The notes under the pieces are model-generated. The model was not told the origin of the DNA. It did not search any database and saw nothing but the letters and a program-made list of their open reading frames with translations. Shown here piece by piece: positions 53,187-64,000 of a stretch of DNA of 64,000 nt (positions are counted from its first letter, which is position 1; every line of letters starts with the position of its first letter). The translations under genes and the position numbers were made by a program. The stretch comes from Chiloscyllium plagiosum (lineage: Eukaryota): the NCBI RefSeq assembly GCF_004010195.1, contig NC_057719.1, positions 86,206,056 through 86,270,055 of the forward strand, read 5' to 3'.

Positions 53187-56100
53187 ATTTTTAGATGAGA
53201 CATTAAACTATTGCTTCATCTATTGTTTTATGGTGGTTGTAAAAGATCCATTATTCAACAAACAGTAAAGGAGTTCTTCAAATCTCCAGGCCAACATTTA
53301 TCCCTTAACAAACATTATTAGCTTTCTTTTGTCTGTTGCATGCAACAGGCTGTTGCGGATTCTACAGCAGTGATTAAACTTCAAAAGTACTTTGTTGGCT
53401 GCAGAGTACTTTTGGATGTACAAAAGTAAAAAAAATTATGTCTGAATGATATAAATCAAGAAATGTACCAAGTTAAAAGTAATGAAAAAATTGCATTGTG
53501 CAAAAATAGAAGGCAAGTTTAAATTAGACTGAACAAAGTAAAAGAACAGAAATAAAAGTATAAATCCAGCTTGAAGAATATTAAGAAACAAAGACCTGAA
53601 TTTATATTACCAGGTTAAAGCCTCAAAGTGCTTTATAATCAAAAAGTACTTTTGAGCAGTAGTCACTTTATAATGCAAGAGTCACAGCAGCCAATTTTCA
53701 AACAGCAGTTCTCATTATCAGCTGGTTGAGGATAGATATTGCTTAGGATACAAGGTGAACTCCTTTGCTTTTCTTCAAAACGGTGTAATAGAATCTTTCA
53801 AATTAACCTGAGAGAGCATATGGGCCTCAGTTTATCATCTCATCTGAAATATACTGCATTAGCGTCAGCCTAGACTCTTGTGCGAAAGTCCTTAAGTGCG
53901 ATTTAAACCCACCACATTCAGACCCAGTGGCAACATTGCTATCCTCTGAGCCAAGGAGGACTCCACAAAAGAGTGACCATCATGGAATCTTGGTTACAAT
54001 TTTGACATAGCTGGGAGACAAATATTCTAATTTATGATAAGGTACTTAAAGAGGACAAGGAAGTTGGAAAAGAAGTACAGTAATCTTGATAAAGTAGACA
54101 AAATAGTTTCAAACCTAAAGTACAACATTAGAAAAAGGGGGCATTATCAGGAGCGAAAAGCAGCAGTAAGTCTCTCGGTAGGTTGACTCGAGGAACAAAA
54201 GAGAGAAAAAAATGGAAGATTTTCGTATGTGTTGTCTACAGACTACCTAGCAGTGATAATGTAACAGGATGCATAAATACTGGAAAATGAGATGAACTTC
54301 GTTTTCCACATAGATTGGGGAAATTTAGCAAGTCCCAAAAAAACGGCAAATTGCTTTTTTTTTTAAGTTCTTACTTTTCCTTGCCTCTTGTATCTCTCAA
54401 AAATTCAATTTTACTTCCCTCTATTTCATTTTCTGTATCTCATATTAGATGAACCCATTTCTCAGCCCTATGTTGTTTATTTCTCCATTCTTTAACCTCA
54501 TCAATTCAGTAGATACACCGTTCTGCTTATTCACCGGGATCTCAGATGCCCTTATTTCCTCACTACTTTTACAGTTTGAAACCTAAAGGAGAATGAACAA
54601 GTTTTAATAAGATTGACTATGAACAGATGAGGCAGACATTGACCACTGTATGGTGGTCTGAACTGTTAATTAGTAAAAATATAGATGAACAGTGTGAAGA
54701 TGTTCAAAGAAGTTTTCAGTTAAGAAGAAGATTTGTATATATCCTGAAGGGCAAGAGCATTCTTCTGTAACCAATCAGTAAATGAAGTGAGAGATAATAT
54801 AAAATTATAAGAAATGGCAGCAGAAACAACAAAGTCATATCCCTGGGAAGGCAACTGTGTAGTGGTTTTGTCTCTTGTCCAGTAATCCAAGCAACATTCT
54901 GGGGCCCTGGATTCAAAGCCCAGCAATGCAAATGTGAACTCTGAAGTCAATAGTTAGGTTAAAAATCTGGAATATAAAAATGTCGAATGATGCCATCTTC
55001 TCACGTCTGGCCTACATGTGACTCTAGATCCACAACAATGTGTGATTCATAATGACCCTCTGGCCATTAGGACTGGATAATAAACACTGGCCTAGCCACT
55101 GACACTCACGTCCCATGAACGAATTTAATGAAAGAACAGTTAACCATTCAAAATTCTCATTAACATCTGGGATATGTGCTAAGTTCAAGATGGGCATTCC
55201 ACAGACTCGCCAATCAACACAATGACAGTCATACTCATTGAATCATGCCTGAAAGACAATGTGCTAGCAACCACCATTACCATTCCTGTAAATGTCCTAT
55301 GTCCACATGCTATATAAGATCAGAATGGATCAAGCAGTTGAAAGCTGGGCATGCATACAGAACTGTAAATCATCAATAGCATCAAAATTATATTCAACCA
55401 CAATGTGTAACTTCATGGTCATACAACTTTATCATTATGATCAATACAGGATTATATTTAACTGACAATATGGAAATGCCTCAAAATATCCTGTTCAGAA
55501 AATTCAGAACACATCCAAACAGATCGATCACTCTCAAACATCGACAAAGTGATGAATCATTTTGTCAACAGTGCTAACAAGTAGCACTTAATCAGCAACA
55601 AGCTGCTCACTGTTGGGTTCCACCGGATCCCCTTGAATTCTGAACTTGCAATATCATAAATCCAGATGTTGCCAAAGTATTGGCTTCCTGAGTTGCAAGT
55701 GACAGCCCTTGACATCAAAGCAGCTTTTGACTGGTTGTGGGACAAAAGAGGAAAACATTCTAGCTAATATGAATCAACAGGAAACTCTCCACTGGTTGGA
55801 GTTTTACCAAACACAAAAGAAGATGACTGTGCTTGTTAGAGGCCTCAAGCACCATTGTAGGAGTTCCCAGGATAGAGACTTCAAATGCCTCATCAATAAT
55901 CTCCCTTCAACCTGAGGTCTGAAGTGAAGATATCAGTGATGACTGCACATTTTGCAGAACGCTTCACAACCTCTCGGATACAGAAGCAGCGCTTGCCTAA
56001 GTGCAGCTCCTACAATAAGATGCTTATATCATCTCAAACATAGCAACACTTAACTTCGTCATAACCACTGCACACTGGCAGAAGTGTGCATCATTTGTGA

Positions 56101-57189
56101 GATGCACAGCAGCAATTCACCATGATTCCTTTAACAGCAACTTCCAAATTCAGAACCTGCTCTCTGCAGAAGTACGGAGGCGGACATTGCACAAGGACAC
56201 CTCAATATACATGTTTTCTTCCAAGGCACATCCTTGTAAAGACATCACTGTTCCTTCACTGCTGCGAAGTCAAAATACTGAACTCCCTACTTTACAGCAC
56301 TGTACGTGTATTTAAATACCATGGACTACAGCAGTTCAAGAAGGTGGCTCACCACCACCTGCTCAACAGCAACAAACCCTGGTGTTGCCAGTGATGCTAA
56401 CATCCCAGGAATGAATAATAAAGAAAACTCTCACCAGGGATATTGAAGACAACACTAAAGATTATTTTAAAACTAAGTTTAGGGAAAGAGGGTGCTGAGT
56501 AACGTGGCTCCCTTAAAAACAGCTACAGGTGAGAACAAAATATAAGTGATATGAAGAAAACTGAAACCATCTGAAAGGTAGGTACGAGATAGCTTTAATA
56601 TAAGTAAATAAAATAGTAAATGAAAAATGTAATGAGACTGAAGATAGCACCATATTCTTATTTCAATCCGCAATCAAAGGTAAAGAAAAAAAACAAACAG
56701 ATGCTGCCTTTACTGATTGAAAAATATAGGCTAAGATATTATAGATATTCCAATCTTGAACTTTCAGAACTCTCATTCAGGAATTGTTGAGCCAGATTGT
56801 AAAATTCTCACATGCATTTCCATGTTCCTGTTGTTCAAGCAGAAACCAGGGACCAATTTTTTAAAATAGAAATAAAACAGATTCAATCTTTGTGACATAA
56901 TATGGAGTAGATAAGTCCCAGAAGTGATTCCTGTTCTCATTGAATAAGATACATTCCAGCAGATCTGATTGTTAAATCATCCAGTATTCTCCAGTCATGA
57001 CTAACTTATCAATTGCCTCTGCTGGAAAGGTTCTGTGAGGCACAGAATTGGGTTTAGCCTTATATTCTCATTGATCATTTACTGAATAGACTTGGCGTGG
57101 CTACTGGGAAAAATAACAGAGCATGGCCAGTCCATTGGAAATAGATCTCACCACGAGCAGTCACCTTTCGGCAAAACAGTTCTCTAATA

Positions 57190-57410
57190 CAAAAATAAAA
57201 TACTGCAGATGCTGGAAATCTGAAATAATCATAGAGAATGTTGGAGATACTCAGTAGGTTTGGCAGCTTCTACAGAGAGCTATAGTTAAGGTTTCAGATC
57301 CAGTGGGACTGCCCTTCAGAACTGTTCTTAAGAACAGTCATACCAGACTCAAAACCTTAACTCTATCACAACAGTTGCTGCCAGACCTGTTAAGTTTCTT
57401 AAGCATTCAC
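57190..57410. mobile_element. Degenerate inverted pair of family C termini (relatives at ~10513-10695, ~39785-39870, ~48943-49078)
   Basis: ACTGCAGATGCTGGAAATCTGAAAT...CTTCAGAAC|TGTTCTTAAGAA...GCTGCCAGACCTG. Confidence 0.65.
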
Positions 57411-57536
57411 TGTGTCGGTTACAAAACAGTTCACTACTCCTCTAGAACCATACAGTCCTCTAAGTCTGCACTGTACAAGTATGTGGCTGGCATCTACATG
57501 CTGTGTAATGACCTGATTATATTCTGCCTCACTTAC

Positions 57537-57772
57537 CTTCCGATCTTTAGATCGTAGGTGTTCTTGCATTTCTCGAGGTCTAGGAAATTTTGACCTGTCC
57601 CAGGTAAAATACCGTTTCCCTTCAGTGTGGTCAATATCCAGCCAGATAACATCATAAGGAATGTCATTCATGTCAAAGCCAGCATCTACTTGTTCAACAT
57701 CATTTTCATCCCTATAGCTATAGCGGCATTGGTGGTGACCCAATGCAAACAGAGGAGGAAATGCCTGAAGAC
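57537..57772 (-). CDS. GANC: GANC coding exon (start of catalytic barrel)
   Basis: [20 protein letters not shown]...[22 protein letters not shown]...RSKDRK; 236 nt, phase 1 to 0; GTAAGT donor. Confidence 0.95.
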
Positions 57773-58145
57773 CTGGAGACCAAGGAAAAGATTATTATAC
57801 AAGCCAAACAGTAAAGCTTTCAGGATATTTGTAAAAAAAAATTCAACTCCACAAATTCAATCCCATAAATACAGCATCATGCATGCTACAGATTTGAACA
57901 AAACAGAATTCCAAAGTTAATTTGCTCCTGCTCATTCATCCAAAAATTCCAAATAAAGAATGCAAATATTTGATGAGGACTGTATTGGGTTCAACTACTA
58001 GAAATGTTAAACTAGTCAAGCAACATCTACACAAAATGAAAGCTTCAGGTTTACTATTATTCATCAGAGGTGGATAAAGGTCTTTACTTCATATTTCCAG
58101 CAATAGAGACATATCTTACTTCCTTGCAGTCAAGCACTCTCCTAC

Positions 58146-58299
58146 CTGTGAGCCTTGAGTATTGACTGAAAACATCAAAAGCACTGGGACCCATTAAAAT
58201 AAATGCGTCAATTATCCCACTCTCAGACATCCACCGTACATCTGTCCTTGGTAACACATCATCATCAGTCTTTAATTTCTTTGTCTTGCCCAAGGAAGT
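58146..58299 (-). CDS. GANC: GANC coding exon
   Basis: [10 protein letters not shown]...[20 protein letters not shown]...QYSRLT(G); 154 nt, phase 0 to 1. Confidence 0.93.
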
Positions 58300-59446
58300 C
58301 TATTAAAAAAATGTTCAGTTATTAGATCCTTCATTAAATCTACATACAGATTCTTAAGTATACCTTTATTCTGCTGCCTTCATTCAAATACTCCCACTTC
58401 ACAACAGAGCATGCCTCCCAAACATTTTCAGTGCACTTCATGAGCATTAGGTAAGGAGAGTATTGTTGGTAAGTAGCAAATAATGCTCATTTGTCAGCTT
58501 GGAGGATACAAGTTATAGGAGCAGGAAATTGAATTGATCTTAGTATATTTAACATTTTATGCTTGTTGATTTCAAAAATAAGTTAATTTCTATATTATCC
58601 AAACATGTTAAAAATAATTAAGAATTACAACAGTTTCAGTGATTGGCTTTACTTTCTTGTCTTATTCCGGACCACTATCCCATCATCATATACTATCAAC
58701 TATGCCACCAGCCAGTGTGAGCTCACTTTGTTAACTGCCAGTCATCAAACTGGTGCTGGTTAAGAGATTAATGTTGGCCAGAACACCAGTGCAAAACAGA
58801 TGACAAACCTGATGGGACATAATTTTTCCCCAAAAGCATTCACCTCCAATACAGTCACGCTCCTTCAGGATTGTATTGAAGTGTCCATTTATATTATTTG
58901 TTCAAGTCTTTGCGCCCAGGAATAAGAAGATTTCACCAGACAAACTTTCTTGATTTCTCTGAGGTCTTTCCACAGATATAGGTAGTATGCTGGATAATGT
59001 AGCAATTTGTTTAGACTTTTGCAAAGCATTTGGCAAAGATGTACTCAACAGATTCTGAACAATACGCAGTATTCAAAGATCCCATTTCACCAGGAGTCAG
59101 TTGCATGCTTAGTTTCTGAACTCGCAATTCTGATCGGGATGTTATGATCTGGATGTTATGATACAGGACACCTCAGACTAAACTCTGGCTTGATAAATGT
59201 TTTAAAAAATTAAAATTTATTCTAACAAGGTAGTATTTCACTAAAACACAAGTGTGCAATGCTGCAGATCTGGTTTTCGCAATAAAAGTAGAATAAACCA
59301 AGTTTTATATATAATTTGAAAACTTTTGAAACACAGAGTATAAGTACAATACCACATGTCCTAACAGCATCCCTTTACAGTGCACAAACACTAAAGAAAA
59401 TTCAGACTTGTTACTTTCAATTTCCACTCATGATTGTTTCGAGCTT

Positions 59447-59595
59447 GAGTATTCTTACAAGTAGGTTGAAATCTTTGAGGAGAAAGTGAGGTCTGCAGAT
59501 GCTGGAGATCAGAGCTGGAAATGTGTTGCTGGAAAAGCACAGCAGGTCAGGCAGCATCCAGGGAACAGGAGAATCGACGTTTCGGGCATAAGCAG
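59447..59595 (-). mobile_element. Penelope family A terminus
   Basis: Near-identical to left arm of 14149-14351. Confidence 0.85.
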
Positions 59596-60329
59596 ACTTA
59601 GACTTACTCTGCTGCAAATAAACCCTACATGATTCTAACCAAACACTTCTGGTCTGAAAAGTTCACACTAAATCCTTATACTAAGACAACTTGTTTGTAT
59701 CATTTCTGAATTAACTCCTTGTTCCAGAATCATGTTCTTACATTTACCTTCAATCAGGACTTTAGTGAAGTGACCAAAGCTTTTTCTACTAATCAATTCT
59801 TGATCCTTCTAACTGCAAGCAGGCAAATGTTTTTCAATGTTTACTCTATTTACTCATAAAATTCTCCCAATGCAAACAAATATTCACTAAGAGATCCCTT
59901 TCTCAAACTGGTTTCCAAAATATAATAGCTCGAGATATACTGACAACTTAATAACTAAACCCTCTCAAACTCTCAGACCAAAAGACACAAGCCACTAATT
60001 CAAAATCCAAACTTTAAATTAAATGATATTAAAATGTAAATCACACATCTTACACATATATAATTACTTTGCCTTACCTTAGTCATTTTTGCCAGCTCAC
60101 AGACTATACAGATAGAATGTAACTCTTAGACAGATGCCTTTGCATGACATGGAGATGTAATCACAGGTGATTTATTAAGTGCCATCTTCAGTCCATAATT
60201 CCCAAAAGACATTCCAAGGTCATATAGACGACATGAGGACCTAGAGCAGCTTTTCTCATACACTGGACTATAAGCATATCACAACATATCCTTACATGCA
60301 ATGTTGCCTTTCTTGGGTCAGCTCTTACA

Positions 60330-61130
60330 TAAAATGTGAGCATAAGAGGTATAGTTAGTAGGTTTGTAGAACACACCAAACTTGGAGATGTAGTGGACAG
60401 CGAAAAAGGTTACTACAGATTACAACAGGATCTTGATTAGATGGGCCAATGGGCTGAGAAGTGGCAGGTGGAGTTTAATTTAGATAAATGTGAGGTCTTG
60501 CATTTTGGGAAAGCAAATCTTAGCAGGATTTATACACTTAATGGTAAGGCCCGAGGGAGGGTTGCTGAATAAAGAGACCCTGGAGTGCAAGTTCTTATTC
60601 CTTGAAAGTGGAGTTGCAGGTAGATAGGATAGTGAAGGTAGTGTATGGTATGCTTTCCTTTATTGGTCAGAGTATTGAGTACAGGAGTTGGGAGGTCATG
60701 TTGTGGCTGTACAGGACATTGGTTAGGCCAAATTTTGGAATATTTTGTGCAATTCTGGTCTCCTTCCTATAGGAAAGATGTTGTGAAATGTGAAAGGGTT
60801 CAGACAAGATTTACAAAGATGTTGCCAGGGTTGGAGGAGTCCCGAGGGTGGGGGAGTCCAGAACTAGAGGGCATAGGTTTAGGGTGAGAGGGGAAAGATA
60901 TAAGAGACCTAAGGGACAACGTTTTCACGCAGAGGGTGGTACATGGAGGCTAATACAATTGCAACATTTAAAAGGCATCAGAATGGTATATGAACGGGAA
61001 GGGTTTAGAGGGAAATGGGCCAAGTACTGGCAGGTGGGACTAGATTGGGTTGGGATATCTGGTCAGCATGGACGGGTTGGACCGAAGAGTCTGTTTCTGT
61101 GCTGTACAGCTCTATGATTCTACGACTCTA
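60330..61130 (+). mobile_element. CR1/HER1 3' portion
   Basis: ILEYFVQFWSPSYRKDVVK; tail; close to the 26204-28241 subfamily. Confidence 0.9.
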
Positions 61131-62054
61131 TAAATGCTGCCATTCTTGTGTTATCGACTTGACCTTGGAGTATATTTTGGGAATTGTAGACCACAGGATT
61201 GCTTGTGCCCCATATTTACAATCTACAGTCAGTAGATTCTTGGGTCATGTAGTGGCCTGGGGAACAATATTTGTGATTCTATCCCATTTACATCTACTAC
61301 TGCTTATACAAAACATTGCTTCTTCAGCATACTTCTGAATAAGGTGTGCTATGTAAAAGATTAATGGAAAGGCATCCCATGGCTCTCCTTATTGGAGGCT
61401 TCCATTTCCCATAGTATTGAGGACTCCGGTAAACTATCATTTGTGTGTGTACTGTTACTGGCGAATGATTACATTCCTGAGGTGGTGCTTGTCTTTGACA
61501 TTTTCCACATAGGCTCATTGTAACTGTCACCAATGGATCCAGGCATTTGCAAGTGTTATTGTCACTGTGGCTGCAGAACAGCTAAAGACTATGGAAATTG
61601 AGTAGCAACACGTCCATGTTTAAACTCACCATCAGTTATAATGATAGAACAATCTTATTGTCCACTGGGACAATCACAACTTTACCTTTGCCATAATACT
61701 CTCTAACCCCACAACCCTCTGAGATGTCTGTGCTTATCTAATTCTGTCTCTCGTACTTTCCCATTTGTAGTTGTATCTTCAGTTTCCTAAGCCATAAGCT
61801 CTGGAATTTCATTCTTACATCTCCCTTCCCTCTATTAAAACCTATCTCTTTGACAAAGCTTTTGTTTACACTGATCTACTATCTCCTTTCATAGCTTAAT
61901 GTCATGGTTTGATCATGCTCTGTGAATTGTACTGTGATGCTTCATCATGAAATGTCTGTCTGTCTAGAATCTACACTCTCTTTAACTGGAAAAATAGGCA
62001 AATTCACTATGGATTTTGCTGAAATGGCTAATGTCATTTCAAGATCTGGTCATT

Positions 62055-62341
62055 GATTAGATTAGATTACTTACAGTGTGGAAACAGGCCCTTCGGCCCA
62101 ACAAGTCCACACCGACCCGCCGAAGCGCACCCACCCAGACCCATTCCCCTACACCTAACACTACGGGCAATTTAGCGTGGCCAATTCACCTAACCTGCAC
62201 ATTTTTGGACTGTGGGAGGAAACCGGAGCACCTGGAAGAAACCCACGCAGACACGGGGAGAATGTGCAAACTCCACACAGTCAGTCGCCTGAGTCGGGAA
62301 TTGAACCCAGGTCTCTGGCGCTGTGAGGCAGCAGTGCTAAC
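62055..62341 (-). mobile_element. HE1-type SINE, slightly 5'-truncated
   Basis: (TTAGA)n tail, core; ends at GCAGTGCTAAC. Confidence 0.88.
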
Positions 62342-62888
62342 TTGAGTTTTTAAGGTGCCGGCTTTATTGAAGTTAAAAGGCAATGCATTCAGGTTCCACT
62401 CCAGATATCTGAGCAGGCATCTGTCTCAGACTTCAGAACAGTATTCAGGAAGTGTTGTTCTGTTGCAGGTGATATCTTTCAAGAATTATCAAACTGAGAA
62501 ACATTTGCTTTAAATAGGTGGATAAAAAAATTTCTTCACTTTTGGGCAAAGAGGAATCAAGATGCTCCACTGGTTCCCGAGCCAAAATTAATTCTTCGAT
62601 CAGCATGGCCAACACAGGCTGCCTGGTCATTTGTATAATTGCTGATTGTGGAGTTTGCAGAGTGGAAATTAGCTGTTGCCTTTCCTTAAACTACAACCAT
62701 GACTGGAATTCAAAAATTATCATTGGGCTGTGACTCATTTTGAGATACCCAAGGTCATGAAAGGCATTATTTAAATTGTCATTTCTCAAATTGGATCATT
62801 ACACATAACATGAAGCACATTACATACTGGAACATCACTCAATCACAATTTATTCCACATATTCAGCCAATAGAAATCCTACACCCAC

Positions 62889-63069
62889 CTTATTCTCTGT
62901 GTTCAGGCTGATATCCACCAGTGTCTCAGAAGCATTCAGCCAGAAAATCCCCATGGTTTGGTTTTGTTTGTGTGCAAGGAGGAGAGGTACAGAGCCATAC
63001 ACTCCCATTCGACTGTGGAGTTTACATGCAAATACATCCAGATTATACAATCTGTAGGGATCTTCTTGA
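62889..63069 (-). CDS. GANC: GANC coding exon
   Basis: QEDPYRLYNLDVF...YGSVPLLLAH...IFWLNASETLVDI...ENK; 181 nt, phase 2 to 0, AG/GT. Confidence 0.95.
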
Positions 63070-63809
63070 CTGCAAATATATAAAATCAATCAAACAATGA
63101 TTGTTTAGTTATTCTTAATTTATAGAAGTGTGAAGACGTGTTTCCCTTGACATCTATGACTAATGACTCACTGCAGTCATGTATCAGTCATTTCGCGAAG
63201 ATTCAGTTTGTACATCACATTTTATATGTGTTTTTGGGCCATCCAAATCAGGTTTAAGCCCCAAGTACAGTTTTGTCTAAGTCACAACTGCTGGTAGAGA
63301 TTATAGAAATGGCAGGAGTTCTAAAATGAGTGGGAATGGTGGGAAGGGGAGAGCTAATCATTCATTGTTACACTTTCTGATGGTACTTAATAAATTATAC
63401 TGGAAGAAGTTATGATGGCATAAAACAATGATCAGTTACGGTCACCCATGAAGCACAGTTGCTTGAGTGAGTAGAGAGGGAGATTGGTAGCAATGGAACT
63501 GTACTCAGCTGGTGTTAGCACTTTAAAAGAATAGGATAAAAATAAACTGGAGAGTTTGAAATAAAGCAAGTTGGAAAGAAGAGAGTTCTGAAGTGGCAGA
63601 ATAACCCTACTCTCTCCCCAGAGGTAAATCAATCACTATTCCAAACACTTGCTTCTTTTTGAAGTAATCCCTGATTGGTTTCAATTAATGCATGCTGAAC
63701 TGAACAAAAGTGGAACCTTGGGATGATCACAAGTCTGGAAGAATCTCTTTCACAGTCAGTCACTTGTTACAAGACTCGGGTTACTCTTCTCAATTCTGGC
63801 AGTTCCCAC

Positions 63810-63906
63810 CTTGTAGTTTTCAGCCGTAAGTTCTCTGTGTGCTCTGGAATTCCATAAACATACTCGAAGCCATGCAGGGAGAAATCCAAGCCAACAGATG
63901 TTGGGC
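63810..63906 (-). CDS. GANC: Neutral alpha-glucosidase C (GH31), first coding exon in window
   Basis: (G)[31 protein letters not shown](S); TAG acceptor, GT donor; 97 nt, phase 1 to 2; YGIPEH motif of GANAB/GANC. Confidence 0.93.
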
Positions 63907-64000
63907 CTATAGTTGGAGGGAAAATAATGTAAAGGAATTCAGATTTTTTAAAAAAACATCTATACCAATACTCTTTTAAAATTCACTCTCTTGCAAACAA

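Larger units (their letters stand above)
52835..53425 (+). mobile_element. DeuSINE/SacSINE1-like element; other copies ~53600-53960(-), ~62385-62785(+), ~58730-58910(-), ~21380-21560(-)
   Basis: GATGAGACATTAAAC..GTAAAAGATCC..GGCCAACATTTATCCC..CTTCAAAAGTACTT..TTGGCTG Deu-domain-like motifs (recalled consensus). Confidence 0.6.

Noticed and set aside
59140..60053. Possible solo LTR (TGTTATGA...CTTACA)
   Set aside because: TG..CA ends are present but no TSD, PBS/PPT or second copy was found.
626..63906. Assignment as GANAB rather than GANC
   Set aside because: Motifs such as [47 protein letters not shown] and EPWLFGE match recalled GANC better; the N- and C-termini are outside the window, so phylogeny or synteny is needed to confirm.

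Overview
Eukaryotic, intron-rich genomic DNA from a cartilaginous fish; HE1-type V-SINEs, HER1/CR1 LINEs and DeuSINE-like elements point to a shark (carpet/bamboo-shark-like, inferred). The whole window lies inside one minus-strand gene, a GH31 neutral alpha-glucosidase most like GANC. I traced 16 consecutive coding exons by hand from 63906 down to 626. All have GT-AG boundaries and matching phases, and they join into 2007 nt with no stop. They include the catalytic nucleophile (WNDMNE) and acid/base (WTGDN) motifs. The 5' exons and the last exon appear to lie outside the window. Introns are packed with retroelements: CR1 fragments, about ten HE1 SINEs, two more SINE/LINE pairs, a decayed Penelope-like element (RT + GIY-YIG), a 34-bp minisatellite and possible solo LTRs. 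The most interesting non-gene signal is a set of about 16 short Penelope-terminus copies from three families. They carry a hammerhead-ribozyme-like core (CUGANGA-A-stemII-GAAA-palindrome-UH) with family-specific stems, often as ~200-bp head-to-head palindromes, and several have 12-15 bp target duplications. One intact core is in the sense orientation of the GANC pre-mRNA. Repeat boundaries are approximate and no database search was run.
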